From Treponemataceae bacterium (GTDB lineage Bacteria > Spirochaetota > Spirochaetia > Treponematales > Rectinemataceae), in contig CAXXHO010000005.1 in assembly GCA_963667725.2 (NCBI GenBank), positions 64,001-128,000 on the forward strand: a DNA stretch of 64,000 bases, in the 5' to 3' direction. A program made the position numbers and the translations under genes. Below, piece after piece: positions 47,674-56,587 of the stretch. Within the stretch, counting starts at the first letter, position 1. Every line of letters starts with the position of its first letter. The notes below the pieces were generated by a model. It had not been told where the DNA came from. It ran no database searches and worked only from the letters and a program-made list of their open reading frames with translations.

Positions 47674-48601
47674 GGTCAGCCCGCGAACGGCATTGGCGGG
47701 GATGCGCAACGAGTGGGACAGTTTTGATTCCATAAACCCACAGCCGGCAAATAGCTCAGCTTACGGCGCCTACTATGCAAGCGAGCTGCTCTCGCGGCCC
47801 CTGTTTCTCAGGGCGTTTACCGATGGGGTGTTGGTGGCCCAATGGCTTCTATACCTGCGCCGTACGCCGGGGTCGCACTTCCGATTGACGTGTGGAGCGT
47901 TCGCAGGTCCGGAGCTGAGCCGGGAGTCCGAACTCCCGTATGAAACCGTGCTTACCGGTTTTGTGAAACACATCTTCCGGAAGCATGGCCCCTGCAACCT
48001 GCACCTGCTCAGCTACGCACTCGTCAGAGGGATTCCCGAGTCTGCCCTGGCGAGCAGTGGATTCCAGAGAATCGAACAGTATGGCTCATACGTCAACACC
48101 CTCGCCGGCGATGATGGGCTGCGTGAGCAATTCACTTCGAACCGGCGGTATGAGCTTCGCCGGGCGCTCAAGGCGGGCTACGAGTATCGCGTCGGGATCG
48201 CGGCTGGTGACTATCACAAACTGTCGTCGATCAGCTATCGGAGGTCCGGAATGCGGGGCCCGATGCGGCGCACGCTGACGCACATCGAAAAGCACTTGTC
48301 AGGCGGAGGCGTCGCATTCCTGTCCGGCGTCTACGCCGAAGGCGAGTTGAATGTCGCATCGATCATCATTCACCGGGGCAGGACGGCCTATTATCTCTAC
48401 GGCGCTTCGGCGGACCGGAAGGCGCCCGGAGCGACGGCCTATATCCATTACGAAAACATGCGGCATGCGCGTGAGTTGGGAATTCTCGAATATGACTTCG
48501 GCGGCGCACGGGATGTGAATGAGAAGGACCGGTCCCTGGCCGAATTCAAGCGCCAGTTCGGGGGACGCTACATTACCTGCTGCGGTGGAGTCTACCGTTG
48601 A
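47657..48601 (+). CDS. FemAB/FemX-like GNAT-fold protein
   Basis: RY.LRRA.K, AYYLYGAS, YDFGG, FKRQFGG. Confidence 0.8.
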   Translation: MLTVDEVSPRTALAGMRNEWDSFDSINPQPANSSAYGAYYASELLSRPLFLRAFTDGVLVAQWLLYLRRTPGSHFRLTCGAFAGPELSRESELPYETVLTGFVKHIFRKHGPCNLHLLSYALVRGIPESALASSGFQRIEQYGSYVNTLAGDDGLREQFTSNRRYELRRALKAGYEYRVGIAAGDYHKLSSISYRRSGMRGPMRRTLTHIEKHLSGGGVAFLSGVYAEGELNVASIIIHRGRTAYYLYGASADRKAPGATAYIHYENMRHARELGILEYDFGGARDVNEKDRSLAEFKRQFGGRYITCCGGVYR

Positions 48602-48689
48602 CGACAAAGACCGCGATAGGGAAGCCGGGCATAGCGCGGGTCATGACCCCTGGCTACTGGCGGACAGAAGTGCTCTGGAGGCTGGGCTG

Positions 48690-50786
48690 ATGCTGCAAGT
48701 CGTGCAGAACCTGAAATCGGGGATCACAGGCGCGGTCGAATGCCCTGCTCCGTCTGCGAGTCGCGGACGGGTTCTGATCCGGTCCAGTCGCTCGCTGATA
48801 TCGGCCGGAACCGAGCGGATGTTGGTCGAATTCGGTAGAGCCGGCTGGATCGACAAAGCGCGTGCCCAGCCGGACAAAGTCCGCCAGGTCATCGAAAAGA
48901 TTCGCACCGACGGTCTCAGCGCCACGATTGCGTCCGTACAGAGCCGGCTCGATCAGCCGCTGCCGCTGGGGTACTCCAATGCCGGGACGGTGGTCGAGAT
49001 AGGTCCGGGTGTGTCGAACCTCGCTGTCGGGGACCGCGTCATCTCCAATGGCTCGCATGGCGAGTTCGTATCCGTTCCCCAGAACCTGTGTGCGCGAATT
49101 CCGGAAGGTGTCGGTGCCGACCATGCGTGTTTCGGTGTTGCCGGAGCCATCGCGTTGCAGGGGGTCCGGCTGGCTGATCCTTCGCTTGGGGAAACGGTCG
49201 TCGTGATCGGGCTGGGGCTCATGGGACTTCTGACGGTCCAACTGTTGCGCGCGAACGGATGCCGGGTTCTTGGCGTCGATTATGACTCCGCCCGTGTTGA
49301 ACTCGCGTCCAGCTTCGGCGCGGAGGTCGTGAATCTGTCCCGAGGGGAGGACCCGGTGTCCGTCGCGGCGGCATTCTCCCGCGGGCGTGGTGTCGATAGC
49401 GTGCTGATCACGGCGGCCACGAAGTCCTCCGATCCTGTTCATCAGGCGGCGCTCATGTGCCGGAAGCGGGGGCGGATCGTGCTGGTGGGGGTCTCCGGTC
49501 TGGAACTTTCGCGGGACGATTTCTACGAGAAGGAGATTTCTTTCCAGGTCTCCTGCTCTTACGGTGCAGGCCGCTATGACGCGGCTTACGAGTCCGGACA
49601 GGATTACCCGTTTGGCTTTGTCCGATGGACCGCTCAGCGCAATTTTGAGGCGTTTCTGGACGTGCTGGCGACGGGTCAACTCAACCTGGAACCTTTGATC
49701 ACCCACCGGGTGCCGATTGACAGGGCCGCTGAGGCATACGAGTTGCTCTTTTCGAACGAGCCGCACCTCGGCGTTGTCCTGATCTACGATGCCGAACCGT
49801 CATCAATACCTCCAGTTCACTGCATCAACATCGCGCCCTCCGGCTCTCCAACCCGATCTTCCAGTCCGAACGTCGGTGTCATCGGCGCAGGCAATTACGC
49901 TGCAGCCACGCTTCTGCCGGCACTTTCCAGATCCGGCGCGAAACTGAAGGCTATTGCCGATTCCGGAGGGATCAAAGCCGCCCACCAGGCACGTAAATAC
50001 GGCTTCGAGACCGCGATGTCGGACAGTTCGAGCCTGATACACGATCCGGACATTCATGCTGTGTTCATCGCTACACGGCATGATTCCCATGCGGGACTGG
50101 TTTCCGAGGCGCTCGCCGCGGGCAAGCATGTCTTTGTCGAGAAGCCGCTCTGCCTGACCCTCGAACAACTTTGCGAGATCGAGCGGCAGCATGGTTCTCC
50201 GGACGACTCGGGTTCGTTGATCATGGTGGGATTCAACCGGCGCTTTGCCCCCCATATCGAGCGCATGAAGGAGTTGCTTTCCGCGGTTCGTGAACCCAAG
50301 GCGATGGTGATGACGGTGAACGCGGGCGCGATTCCCCCGCAGCACTGGACGCAGCGTGACGAGGGTGGCGGTCGCATCCTGGGAGAAGGCTGTCATTTCA
50401 TCGACTTGCTGCGGTTTCTGGCTGGATCGCCGATCGCCTCGGTCGCGGCAGCCAAAGCTCTGCCGGATGGCGCGACAATTACGCTTACGTTCGCGGACGG
50501 CTCAACCGGGACTTTTCACTACTTTTCCGCTGGCCACAAGTCATACCCGAAAGAGCGTCTCACTGTTTTCTGTCAGGGACGGGTACTGGAACTCGATAAC
50601 TTCATCCGGCTTCGCGGCTGGGGCTGGAAGGGGTTCAGAAAGATGACTCTCTGGCGGCAGGACAAAGGGCATCAGGCTTGTGTGGCGCGCTTCCTTTCTG
50701 CCGTCGGGTCTGGTGGGCCGTCGCCAATTCCGTTCAATGAACTCGTCGAAGTGTCGCGATTTGCGATCGAAGCCGCGTCCCTGTAA
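48690..50786 (+). CDS. Bi-domain oxidoreductase (second paralogue)
   Basis: SLISAGTE, PLGYSNAG, SYGAGRYD, HVFVEKP, VGFNRRF. Confidence 0.92.
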   Translation: MLQVVQNLKSGITGAVECPAPSASRGRVLIRSSRSLISAGTERMLVEFGRAGWIDKARAQPDKVRQVIEKIRTDGLSATIASVQSRLDQPLPLGYSNAGTVVEIGPGVSNLAVGDRVISNGSHGEFVSVPQNLCARIPEGVGADHACFGVAGAIALQGVRLADPSLGETVVVIGLGLMGLLTVQLLRANGCRVLGVDYDSARVELASSFGAEVVNLSRGEDPVSVAAAFSRGRGVDSVLITAATKSSDPVHQAALMCRKRGRIVLVGVSGLELSRDDFYEKEISFQVSCSYGAGRYDAAYESGQDYPFGFVRWTAQRNFEAFLDVLATGQLNLEPLITHRVPIDRAAEAYELLFSNEPHLGVVLIYDAEPSSIPPVHCINIAPSGSPTRSSSPNVGVIGAGNYAAATLLPALSRSGAKLKAIADSGGIKAAHQARKYGFETAMSDSSSLIHDPDIHAVFIATRHDSHAGLVSEALAAGKHVFVEKPLCLTLEQLCEIERQHGSPDDSGSLIMVGFNRRFAPHIERMKELLSAVREPKAMVMTVNAGAIPPQHWTQRDEGGGRILGEGCHFIDLLRFLAGSPIASVAAAKALPDGATITLTFADGSTGTFHYFSAGHKSYPKERLTVFCQGRVLELDNFIRLRGWGWKGFRKMTLWRQDKGHQACVARFLSAVGSGGPSPIPFNELVEVSRFAIEAASL

Positions 50787-50790
50787 TTCC

Positions 50791-52872
50791 ATGCCGTTGG
50801 CCTACAGCATTCGCAACATCTTTCAGGAAACCAGGGAACTCGGCGTGTCCAGGTCCATTGCGCGGGTGGCGTGGGAGTTCAAAGTCCGATCCGGAGCGCT
50901 CGCTCTCCGTGGCGCTCCTCAGGCCGTGGGGAATTGGAACATCACGCCCGGAGACCTTCCCTTTGGAGATCCGGAAGCTGTAAGGGCATCGATGGTCGGC
51001 CGGGTAGCTCCGGATCGGATCCCCGATCTTCGTGCCAAGGCGATGGCCGCGGTACGAGGCCGCATTCACTGCTTCGGCCGCCGGGAGGCAGATTTCGGAG
51101 ATCCTCCGGATTGGCACGTGCAGCCATTCTCAGGAAAGCACTGGCCGCTCGTGCATTGGTCTCGGGTCTTGCGCCAGGCGGAGATGGCCGATGACGTCAA
51201 ACTCACATGGGAGATCGGCCGGTTCCCGCACGCTTATTACCTTGCCCGGGCCGCGGCCTTCGAACCGGAGTTGGCGCCGCAGTTAGCCGCGAGTCTTTTG
51301 GGTCAGGTCCGGGACTTTCGCGCCGGAAATCCATTCGGTAAGGGTGTGCACTGGACCTCCAGCCAGGAAGTCTCCATCCGGCTGTGGGCCTGGCTCTTCG
51401 CCGCCTCGGCTTTTGCCGCACTGGGCTGCCCCGTCCCCGATCTGGCCCGCGATGTGTTCGAGGGCGCCGTTCACGTTGCACGCCATATGGAATATGCGCA
51501 GCACGCGGTCTACAACAATCACTTGCTTTCGGAAGCTCTGTGTCTCTACATCGCCGGAACGCTTCTTCCCGACGCGCCGGAAGCTTCCCGGTGGCGGGCG
51601 CTCGGATCTTCGATTCTGACCGAGCAGGCGAGGTCCCAAGTCTATCCTGATGGCGGGTATATCCAGAATTCGCACAACTACCATCGTTTCGCGATGCAGG
51701 TCTACCTGCTCGCGAGAATGTTCGCAGTGCAGAGGGGCTCAGTACCCGGCGAATGGCTTGCCGCGATGGAGCGCTCGCTCGATTTTCTCTGGGGGCATCA
51801 GAATCCCGGAGACGGCCGGTTGCCAAACTACGGAGCCAACGATGGCGCGCTCCCGCTCGTTCTGACGACCTGCGATCATGGCGATTTTCGCTCGACCTTG
51901 CAGGCCCTGAGTCTCGCGACTCGTAACGAACGGCTCTACCCACCAGGGCCCTGGGATGAGGAAGCGGCGTGGCTGTTGGGGTCGGAGTGCCTCGAGGCAC
52001 CGCTGAAGCCTGCCGAACGCGTTTCAATATCGTTTTCGCACAGCGGATATCACGTGCTTCGTGGACTTCATGCCGGGACCCTGGCGGCATTCCGTTGCGG
52101 AAACGTCCTCGATCGCTTTTCACAGATTGACATGCTGCACCTGGACGTTTGGTGGCGTGGCCACAACGTCCTGGTTGATCCTGGAACATATTTATACAAC
52201 GGACCGGAGATCTGGCATCGCCACTTCTCCAGGACCGAAAGTCACAACACAGTTCAGGTGGACGGCTGGGACCAGATGCTTCCCTACCGGAAGTTCAAAT
52301 GTCTTCATTGGACGAAAGCCCGGCTTCTACGTTTCCAGGACAGCTCCGATTGGGCAATCTGCGAGGGTGAGCACTATGGCTATCAACGCCATCCCGGGCG
52401 GTGCATTCATCGCCGCACCGTGCTTTTCGTGAAGGACGAGTTTTGGGTCGTGGTGGACCGCGTGACTGGTTTCGGCAACCATCGTATCCGCCTGCACTGG
52501 CTGGGCGGCGACTTCCCCTATCGCCAAGGCCTGGATGGTCAGGCTTCACTTGAGCTGCAAACGCCCGATGGCCCGTTTCATGTCGGCATCTTCGATGCTG
52601 CCGGCCGGCGATTGCAGGGCGATGTTATTGCCGGCCGGAGCGAACCTCCACGCGGGTGGCTTTCCCGATACTATGCCGAGAAGGTGCCAGTTCCTTCGCT
52701 TGCTGTTGAGGTTTCGGAGCGACTGCCGCTGATCTTCGTTTCCATCCTGGGCCCACACATTCCATCCTTCTCTGTCTCGGGATCCCTGTGGTCCGTGGCA
52801 CTGGACGATCGGACCGTCGCCTTCGATCTCTCGCTGGACGGAACCTTTCAGTTCCGGCATCTCACGGCCTAA
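50791..52872 (+). CDS. Heparinase II/III-family protein (second paralogue)
   Basis: DVKLTWEIGR, NNH, DGGYIQ.SHNYHR, VDPGTYLY, HNT. Confidence 0.9.
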   Translation: MPLAYSIRNIFQETRELGVSRSIARVAWEFKVRSGALALRGAPQAVGNWNITPGDLPFGDPEAVRASMVGRVAPDRIPDLRAKAMAAVRGRIHCFGRREADFGDPPDWHVQPFSGKHWPLVHWSRVLRQAEMADDVKLTWEIGRFPHAYYLARAAAFEPELAPQLAASLLGQVRDFRAGNPFGKGVHWTSSQEVSIRLWAWLFAASAFAALGCPVPDLARDVFEGAVHVARHMEYAQHAVYNNHLLSEALCLYIAGTLLPDAPEASRWRALGSSILTEQARSQVYPDGGYIQNSHNYHRFAMQVYLLARMFAVQRGSVPGEWLAAMERSLDFLWGHQNPGDGRLPNYGANDGALPLVLTTCDHGDFRSTLQALSLATRNERLYPPGPWDEEAAWLLGSECLEAPLKPAERVSISFSHSGYHVLRGLHAGTLAAFRCGNVLDRFSQIDMLHLDVWWRGHNVLVDPGTYLYNGPEIWHRHFSRTESHNTVQVDGWDQMLPYRKFKCLHWTKARLLRFQDSSDWAICEGEHYGYQRHPGRCIHRRTVLFVKDEFWVVVDRVTGFGNHRIRLHWLGGDFPYRQGLDGQASLELQTPDGPFHVGIFDAAGRRLQGDVIAGRSEPPRGWLSRYYAEKVPVPSLAVEVSERLPLIFVSILGPHIPSFSVSGSLWSVALDDRTVAFDLSLDGTFQFRHLTA

Positions 52873-52878
52873 GCCTCC

Positions 52879-54168
52879 ATGAAAATCTTGATCGTCCATC
52901 AGTACTATCTGATGCCGGGACAGCCAGGCGGATCGCGGTTCAATGAAATGGCGCGGTTTTGGGTTGAACAAGGACACGAGGTTGCAGTCATCGCCGGCAC
53001 GGTCGACTATACCTCCGGTAAGGCGCCAGACACCTATCGGCGGCGCTGGATTGTTCGGGAGAAGGACGGTGCGATTCCCGTTTATCGCTGCCACGTTCCA
53101 TTGACGTATGCCCGTGGCTACGCGGGCCGTATGTGGGCGTTCCTTGGGTTCCTCATGTCGGCGTCCATGGCGGCCCTTCGCGTTCCTCACGCCGATGTCG
53201 TGATCGCAACGTCGCCGCCGCTTGTCGCGGCGATTCCGGGGTGGGTGGCTGCCCGAGTGTCCACGCGTCCGGTTCCCTGGGTTTTCGAGGTTCGCGATCT
53301 TTGGCCTGAGAGCGCAATTACGACCGGAGTCCTATCGGCGGAATCGCCCTTGACGAGGCTCCTCTATGCTCTCGAAAGATGGGCTTGCCGGAGCGCCGCG
53401 AAGATCAACGTGCTTACACCAGCGTTCCGTGCCGATATGGAGAGCCGCGGTCTGGCAGGTTCCGGCAAATTCTGTTTTGTGCCGAACGGAGCAGACCTGG
53501 AGGTGTTTCAGCCTGGGCCGCGAGACAATGAAATGCGTCGGCAACTCGGGTGGGGAGACCGGTTTGTCGTCATGTACGCCGGCGCTCACGGCCGCGCAAA
53601 TGCGCTGATGCAGCTTGTGGACGCGGCGACTATGCTGCGGGACCGGCCCGATATTCTCATTGCCTGCATCGGGGATGGGGCCGAGCGCCAGCGTCTTCAC
53701 CAGGAGGCCGAGCGTCGTGGTCTGGAAAACATTCGTTTTCATGGTCCCAAGCCAAAGGCAGTCATGCCGGACGTCGTCAACGCCTGCGATGTAGGAGCGG
53801 CGGTTCTGCAGAACAATCCTACGTTTCGAACGGTCTACCCGAACAAGGTGTTCGACTACATGTCGTGTGCGCGGCCGGTCCTTCTCGCGATCGACGGTGC
53901 TGCCCGCTCGCTGGTGTGCGACCAGGCGGAAGCCGGCGCCTTCGCTGAGCCCGAAAACCCAAAGGCCATCGCCTCCACCATTCGGATGTTGGCTGACGAT
54001 CCGTCGCGGCGAGCGGAGTTGGCGGCCAATGGACGCCGTTGGGTCCTCGCGAACGCCAGCCGCAAAGCGCTGGCGGCTCGCTACCTGGACATTCTGACCG
54101 AATTGGCCGGTACAGGAAGTCCCTCTGGTCCGCCAGCCTCACTCATCTGTGCTGAAGAACGCAATTGA
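52879..54168 (+). CDS. GT4 glycosyltransferase (WbuB-like)
   Basis: ATSPPL, EVRDLWPES, PNGAD, YAG.HG.AN, PNKVFDYM. Confidence 0.92.
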   Translation: MKILIVHQYYLMPGQPGGSRFNEMARFWVEQGHEVAVIAGTVDYTSGKAPDTYRRRWIVREKDGAIPVYRCHVPLTYARGYAGRMWAFLGFLMSASMAALRVPHADVVIATSPPLVAAIPGWVAARVSTRPVPWVFEVRDLWPESAITTGVLSAESPLTRLLYALERWACRSAAKINVLTPAFRADMESRGLAGSGKFCFVPNGADLEVFQPGPRDNEMRRQLGWGDRFVVMYAGAHGRANALMQLVDAATMLRDRPDILIACIGDGAERQRLHQEAERRGLENIRFHGPKPKAVMPDVVNACDVGAAVLQNNPTFRTVYPNKVFDYMSCARPVLLAIDGAARSLVCDQAEAGAFAEPENPKAIASTIRMLADDPSRRAELAANGRRWVLANASRKALAARYLDILTELAGTGSPSGPPASLICAEERN

Positions 54169-54772
54169 CCGGAGCCTTGCCGCGGCCGCGCTCCTGATCT
54201 TGTCGCCAGGCCTGTGTCTCCTCTTCTGGCTCATCCGGCGCCGGATGGGGCGCCCTGCGTTGTTCAGGCAAGTGCGGATCGGCTGCCGGGAGAGACCGTT
54301 TACGCTCTTCAAGCTAAGGACCATGACCGACGCCCGCGATGCCCAAGGAAGGTTGTTGCCCGACGCCCGAAGATTGACACCGCTCGGTCACTTCTTGCGG
54401 AGGACGAGTCTCGATGAGTTGCCTCAGCTCTGGAACGTGCTGCGGGGTGACATGGCTTTGGTTGGGCCGAGACCACTACTTCCCGAATACCTCTCTCGAT
54501 ATGACGCGCGCCAACGCCGGCGTCATGACGTCAAACCAGGGCTTACCGGATGGGCTCAGATCAACGGCCGCAACGCGCTCAGTTGGGAGGAAAAGTTCGA
54601 TCTCGACATCTGGTATGTGGAGCATCGCGGCCTGTGGCTGGATATCAGAATTCTGGGGAAGACGTTTCTCCGAGTGATTCAAAGAGAGGGCATCAGCGAA
54701 TCCGGAACCGCGACCATGTCGGAATTCATGGGCAATGCCGCGAGTTCGGCTACGGCGGGGAATCATGAGTAG
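54149..54772 (+). CDS. Small phosphoglycosyl transferase (PglC/EpsL-like)
   Basis: KLRTMTD, LRRTSLDELPQ, VGPRPLL.EY, KPGLTGWAQINGRN. Confidence 0.93.
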   Translation: MLKNAIDRSLAAAALLILSPGLCLLFWLIRRRMGRPALFRQVRIGCRERPFTLFKLRTMTDARDAQGRLLPDARRLTPLGHFLRRTSLDELPQLWNVLRGDMALVGPRPLLPEYLSRYDARQRRRHDVKPGLTGWAQINGRNALSWEEKFDLDIWYVEHRGLWLDIRILGKTFLRVIQREGISESGTATMSEFMGNAASSATAGNHE

Positions 54773-55391
54773 ACTGCTCATCTGGGGCGCCGGAGGTCAC
54801 GGGAAGGTCGTATTGGATGTCGCCCGCAGCACCGGCCGCTTCGAGCAGATCGTGTTCCTGGACGATGACCCGCCAAAGTCCGGAGGCCTGTTCTGTGGAT
54901 GTGCGGTGATCAGCCGGGCGGAGCCACTGCAGCGGGCAGCCGCAGGGGAGTTTATCGTGGCCGTGGGGGACAATCGCACGCGCGAGCGGTGCTTCAGGCG
55001 TGCGCTGGAACACGGCCTCTCACCCGTCTCCATTGTTCATGCGAGTGCGGTGATTGCGGGTTCCGCCAGGATCGGACTCGGAACTGTCGTCATGCCGGGT
55101 GCGGTTGTCAATGCGGGTGCTGTGATTGGCGATGACTGCATCGTGAACAGCGCAGCCGTGGTCGAACACGACTGCACGATCGGCTCACATGTGCACCTCT
55201 CGCCCCGCGTAGCGCTTGGCGGCGGAGCGTGCGTCGGATCGTTTGCGCATGTCGGTATTGGGGCCGTGGTGCTGCCCCGTGCCGTGATCGGCGAAGAGGC
55301 GATCGTAGGGGCGGCCGCTCTCGTGTTGAAAGAAGTGCCGCCACGGGTGACGGTTGTCGGCGTACCCGCCAAGGCTCTTGTCTGCGCTTAA
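54765..55391 (+). CDS. Hexapeptide-repeat acetyltransferase (PglD/NeuD-like)
   Basis: GAGGHGKVV, VEHDC, hexapeptide repeats, VGVPAK. Confidence 0.93.
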   Translation: MSRLLIWGAGGHGKVVLDVARSTGRFEQIVFLDDDPPKSGGLFCGCAVISRAEPLQRAAAGEFIVAVGDNRTRERCFRRALEHGLSPVSIVHASAVIAGSARIGLGTVVMPGAVVNAGAVIGDDCIVNSAAVVEHDCTIGSHVHLSPRVALGGGACVGSFAHVGIGAVVLPRAVIGEEAIVGAAALVLKEVPPRVTVVGVPAKALVCA

Positions 55392-55404
55392 CAACTGACC
55401 AACG

Positions 55405-56580
55405 ATGAAACGAATTCTGCTTTCGATCCCCCATATGGGCGGATGCGAACAGGCTTATGTCCGCGAAGCCTTCACGTCGAACTGGTTGTCCACGGTTGGC
55501 CCGAATCTCACGGCCCTCGAACAGGAATTCGAGAATCGCCTCGGTGTGCCTGCGGTTGCGCTCGGGAGCGGCACCGCGGCGATCCATCTAGGCCTGCGCC
55601 TGCTGGGCGTCGGTCCCGGAGACGAGGTCTTCTGCCCTACGCTCACCTTTGCTGCAAGCTGCAATCCCGTACGCTACTTGGGTGCGGAGCCGGTTTTCCT
55701 CGATAGCGATTGTGCCACCTGGAACCTGGACCCTGACGTTCTGGATCAAGCTCTTCGGGACCGCGCCAGCCGCGCCAGGCTGCCGCGCGCTGTCATCGTG
55801 GTCCACCTCTACGGCCAGTGCGCGAATTTAGCCCCGATACTGGCCCTCTGCCGGGAGTATGAGGTGCCGGTTCTAGAGGACGCAGCCGAAGCTCTCGGCG
55901 CGACCTATGGCGGTGAGCCGGCGGGAACGCTCGGCGATGTGGGAGCGTTCTCTCTGAACGGAAACAAGATCATCACAGCCACCGGCGGCGGTATGCTTGT
56001 CGCCCGGAGCCGCGCTTGGATTGACAAGGCGCGCTTCTGGTCCCAGCAGGCCCGCAACGCCGGCCTCGCCTACGAACATTCCGAACTCGGCTACAACTAC
56101 CGGATGAGCAATGTGCTTGCCGGAATTGGCCGCGGGCAAATGGAAGTTCTTGACCGCCGTGTTCGCCAGCGGCGGGCAATCGCATTCCAGTATCGCGACG
56201 CGTTCGCCGATTTGTCCGGAATCGAGCTGATGCCGCAGGCCTTGTACGGTCTGCACACGAATTGGCTGAGTTGCTTCCTGATCGATGAAGAGGGCTTTGG
56301 CGCGACCCGCGACGCTGTGATCCAGGCACTGGACGAGGCGAACGTAGAGTCTCGTCCGGTATGGAAGCCGATGCATCTTCAACCTCTCTATGCAGGAAGC
56401 GAATGCTACGGCGGGGGGGTCGCCGAAGACCTGTTCCGCAGGGGCATCTGCCTTCCCAGTTCGAGCTCCCTCACTGAAGAAGAGCAGCTATACGTCATCA
56501 ATGCAGTGCGCCGGCTGGTTGGCGCAGACGTTCTGGACGAGATCCCGCAGCCGGAGTGCCTGGCCAACGCCGGAGATTGA
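55405..56580 (+). CDS. Sugar aminotransferase (PglE/EpsN-like)
   Basis: SGTAAIHL, EDAAEALG, SLNGNKIIT, GYNYRMSN, RPVWKPMH. Confidence 0.93.
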   Translation: MKRILLSIPHMGGCEQAYVREAFTSNWLSTVGPNLTALEQEFENRLGVPAVALGSGTAAIHLGLRLLGVGPGDEVFCPTLTFAASCNPVRYLGAEPVFLDSDCATWNLDPDVLDQALRDRASRARLPRAVIVVHLYGQCANLAPILALCREYEVPVLEDAAEALGATYGGEPAGTLGDVGAFSLNGNKIITATGGGMLVARSRAWIDKARFWSQQARNAGLAYEHSELGYNYRMSNVLAGIGRGQMEVLDRRVRQRRAIAFQYRDAFADLSGIELMPQALYGLHTNWLSCFLIDEEGFGATRDAVIQALDEANVESRPVWKPMHLQPLYAGSECYGGGVAEDLFRRGICLPSSSSLTEEEQLYVINAVRRLVGADVLDEIPQPECLANAGD

Positions 56581-56587
56581 AGGGGAC

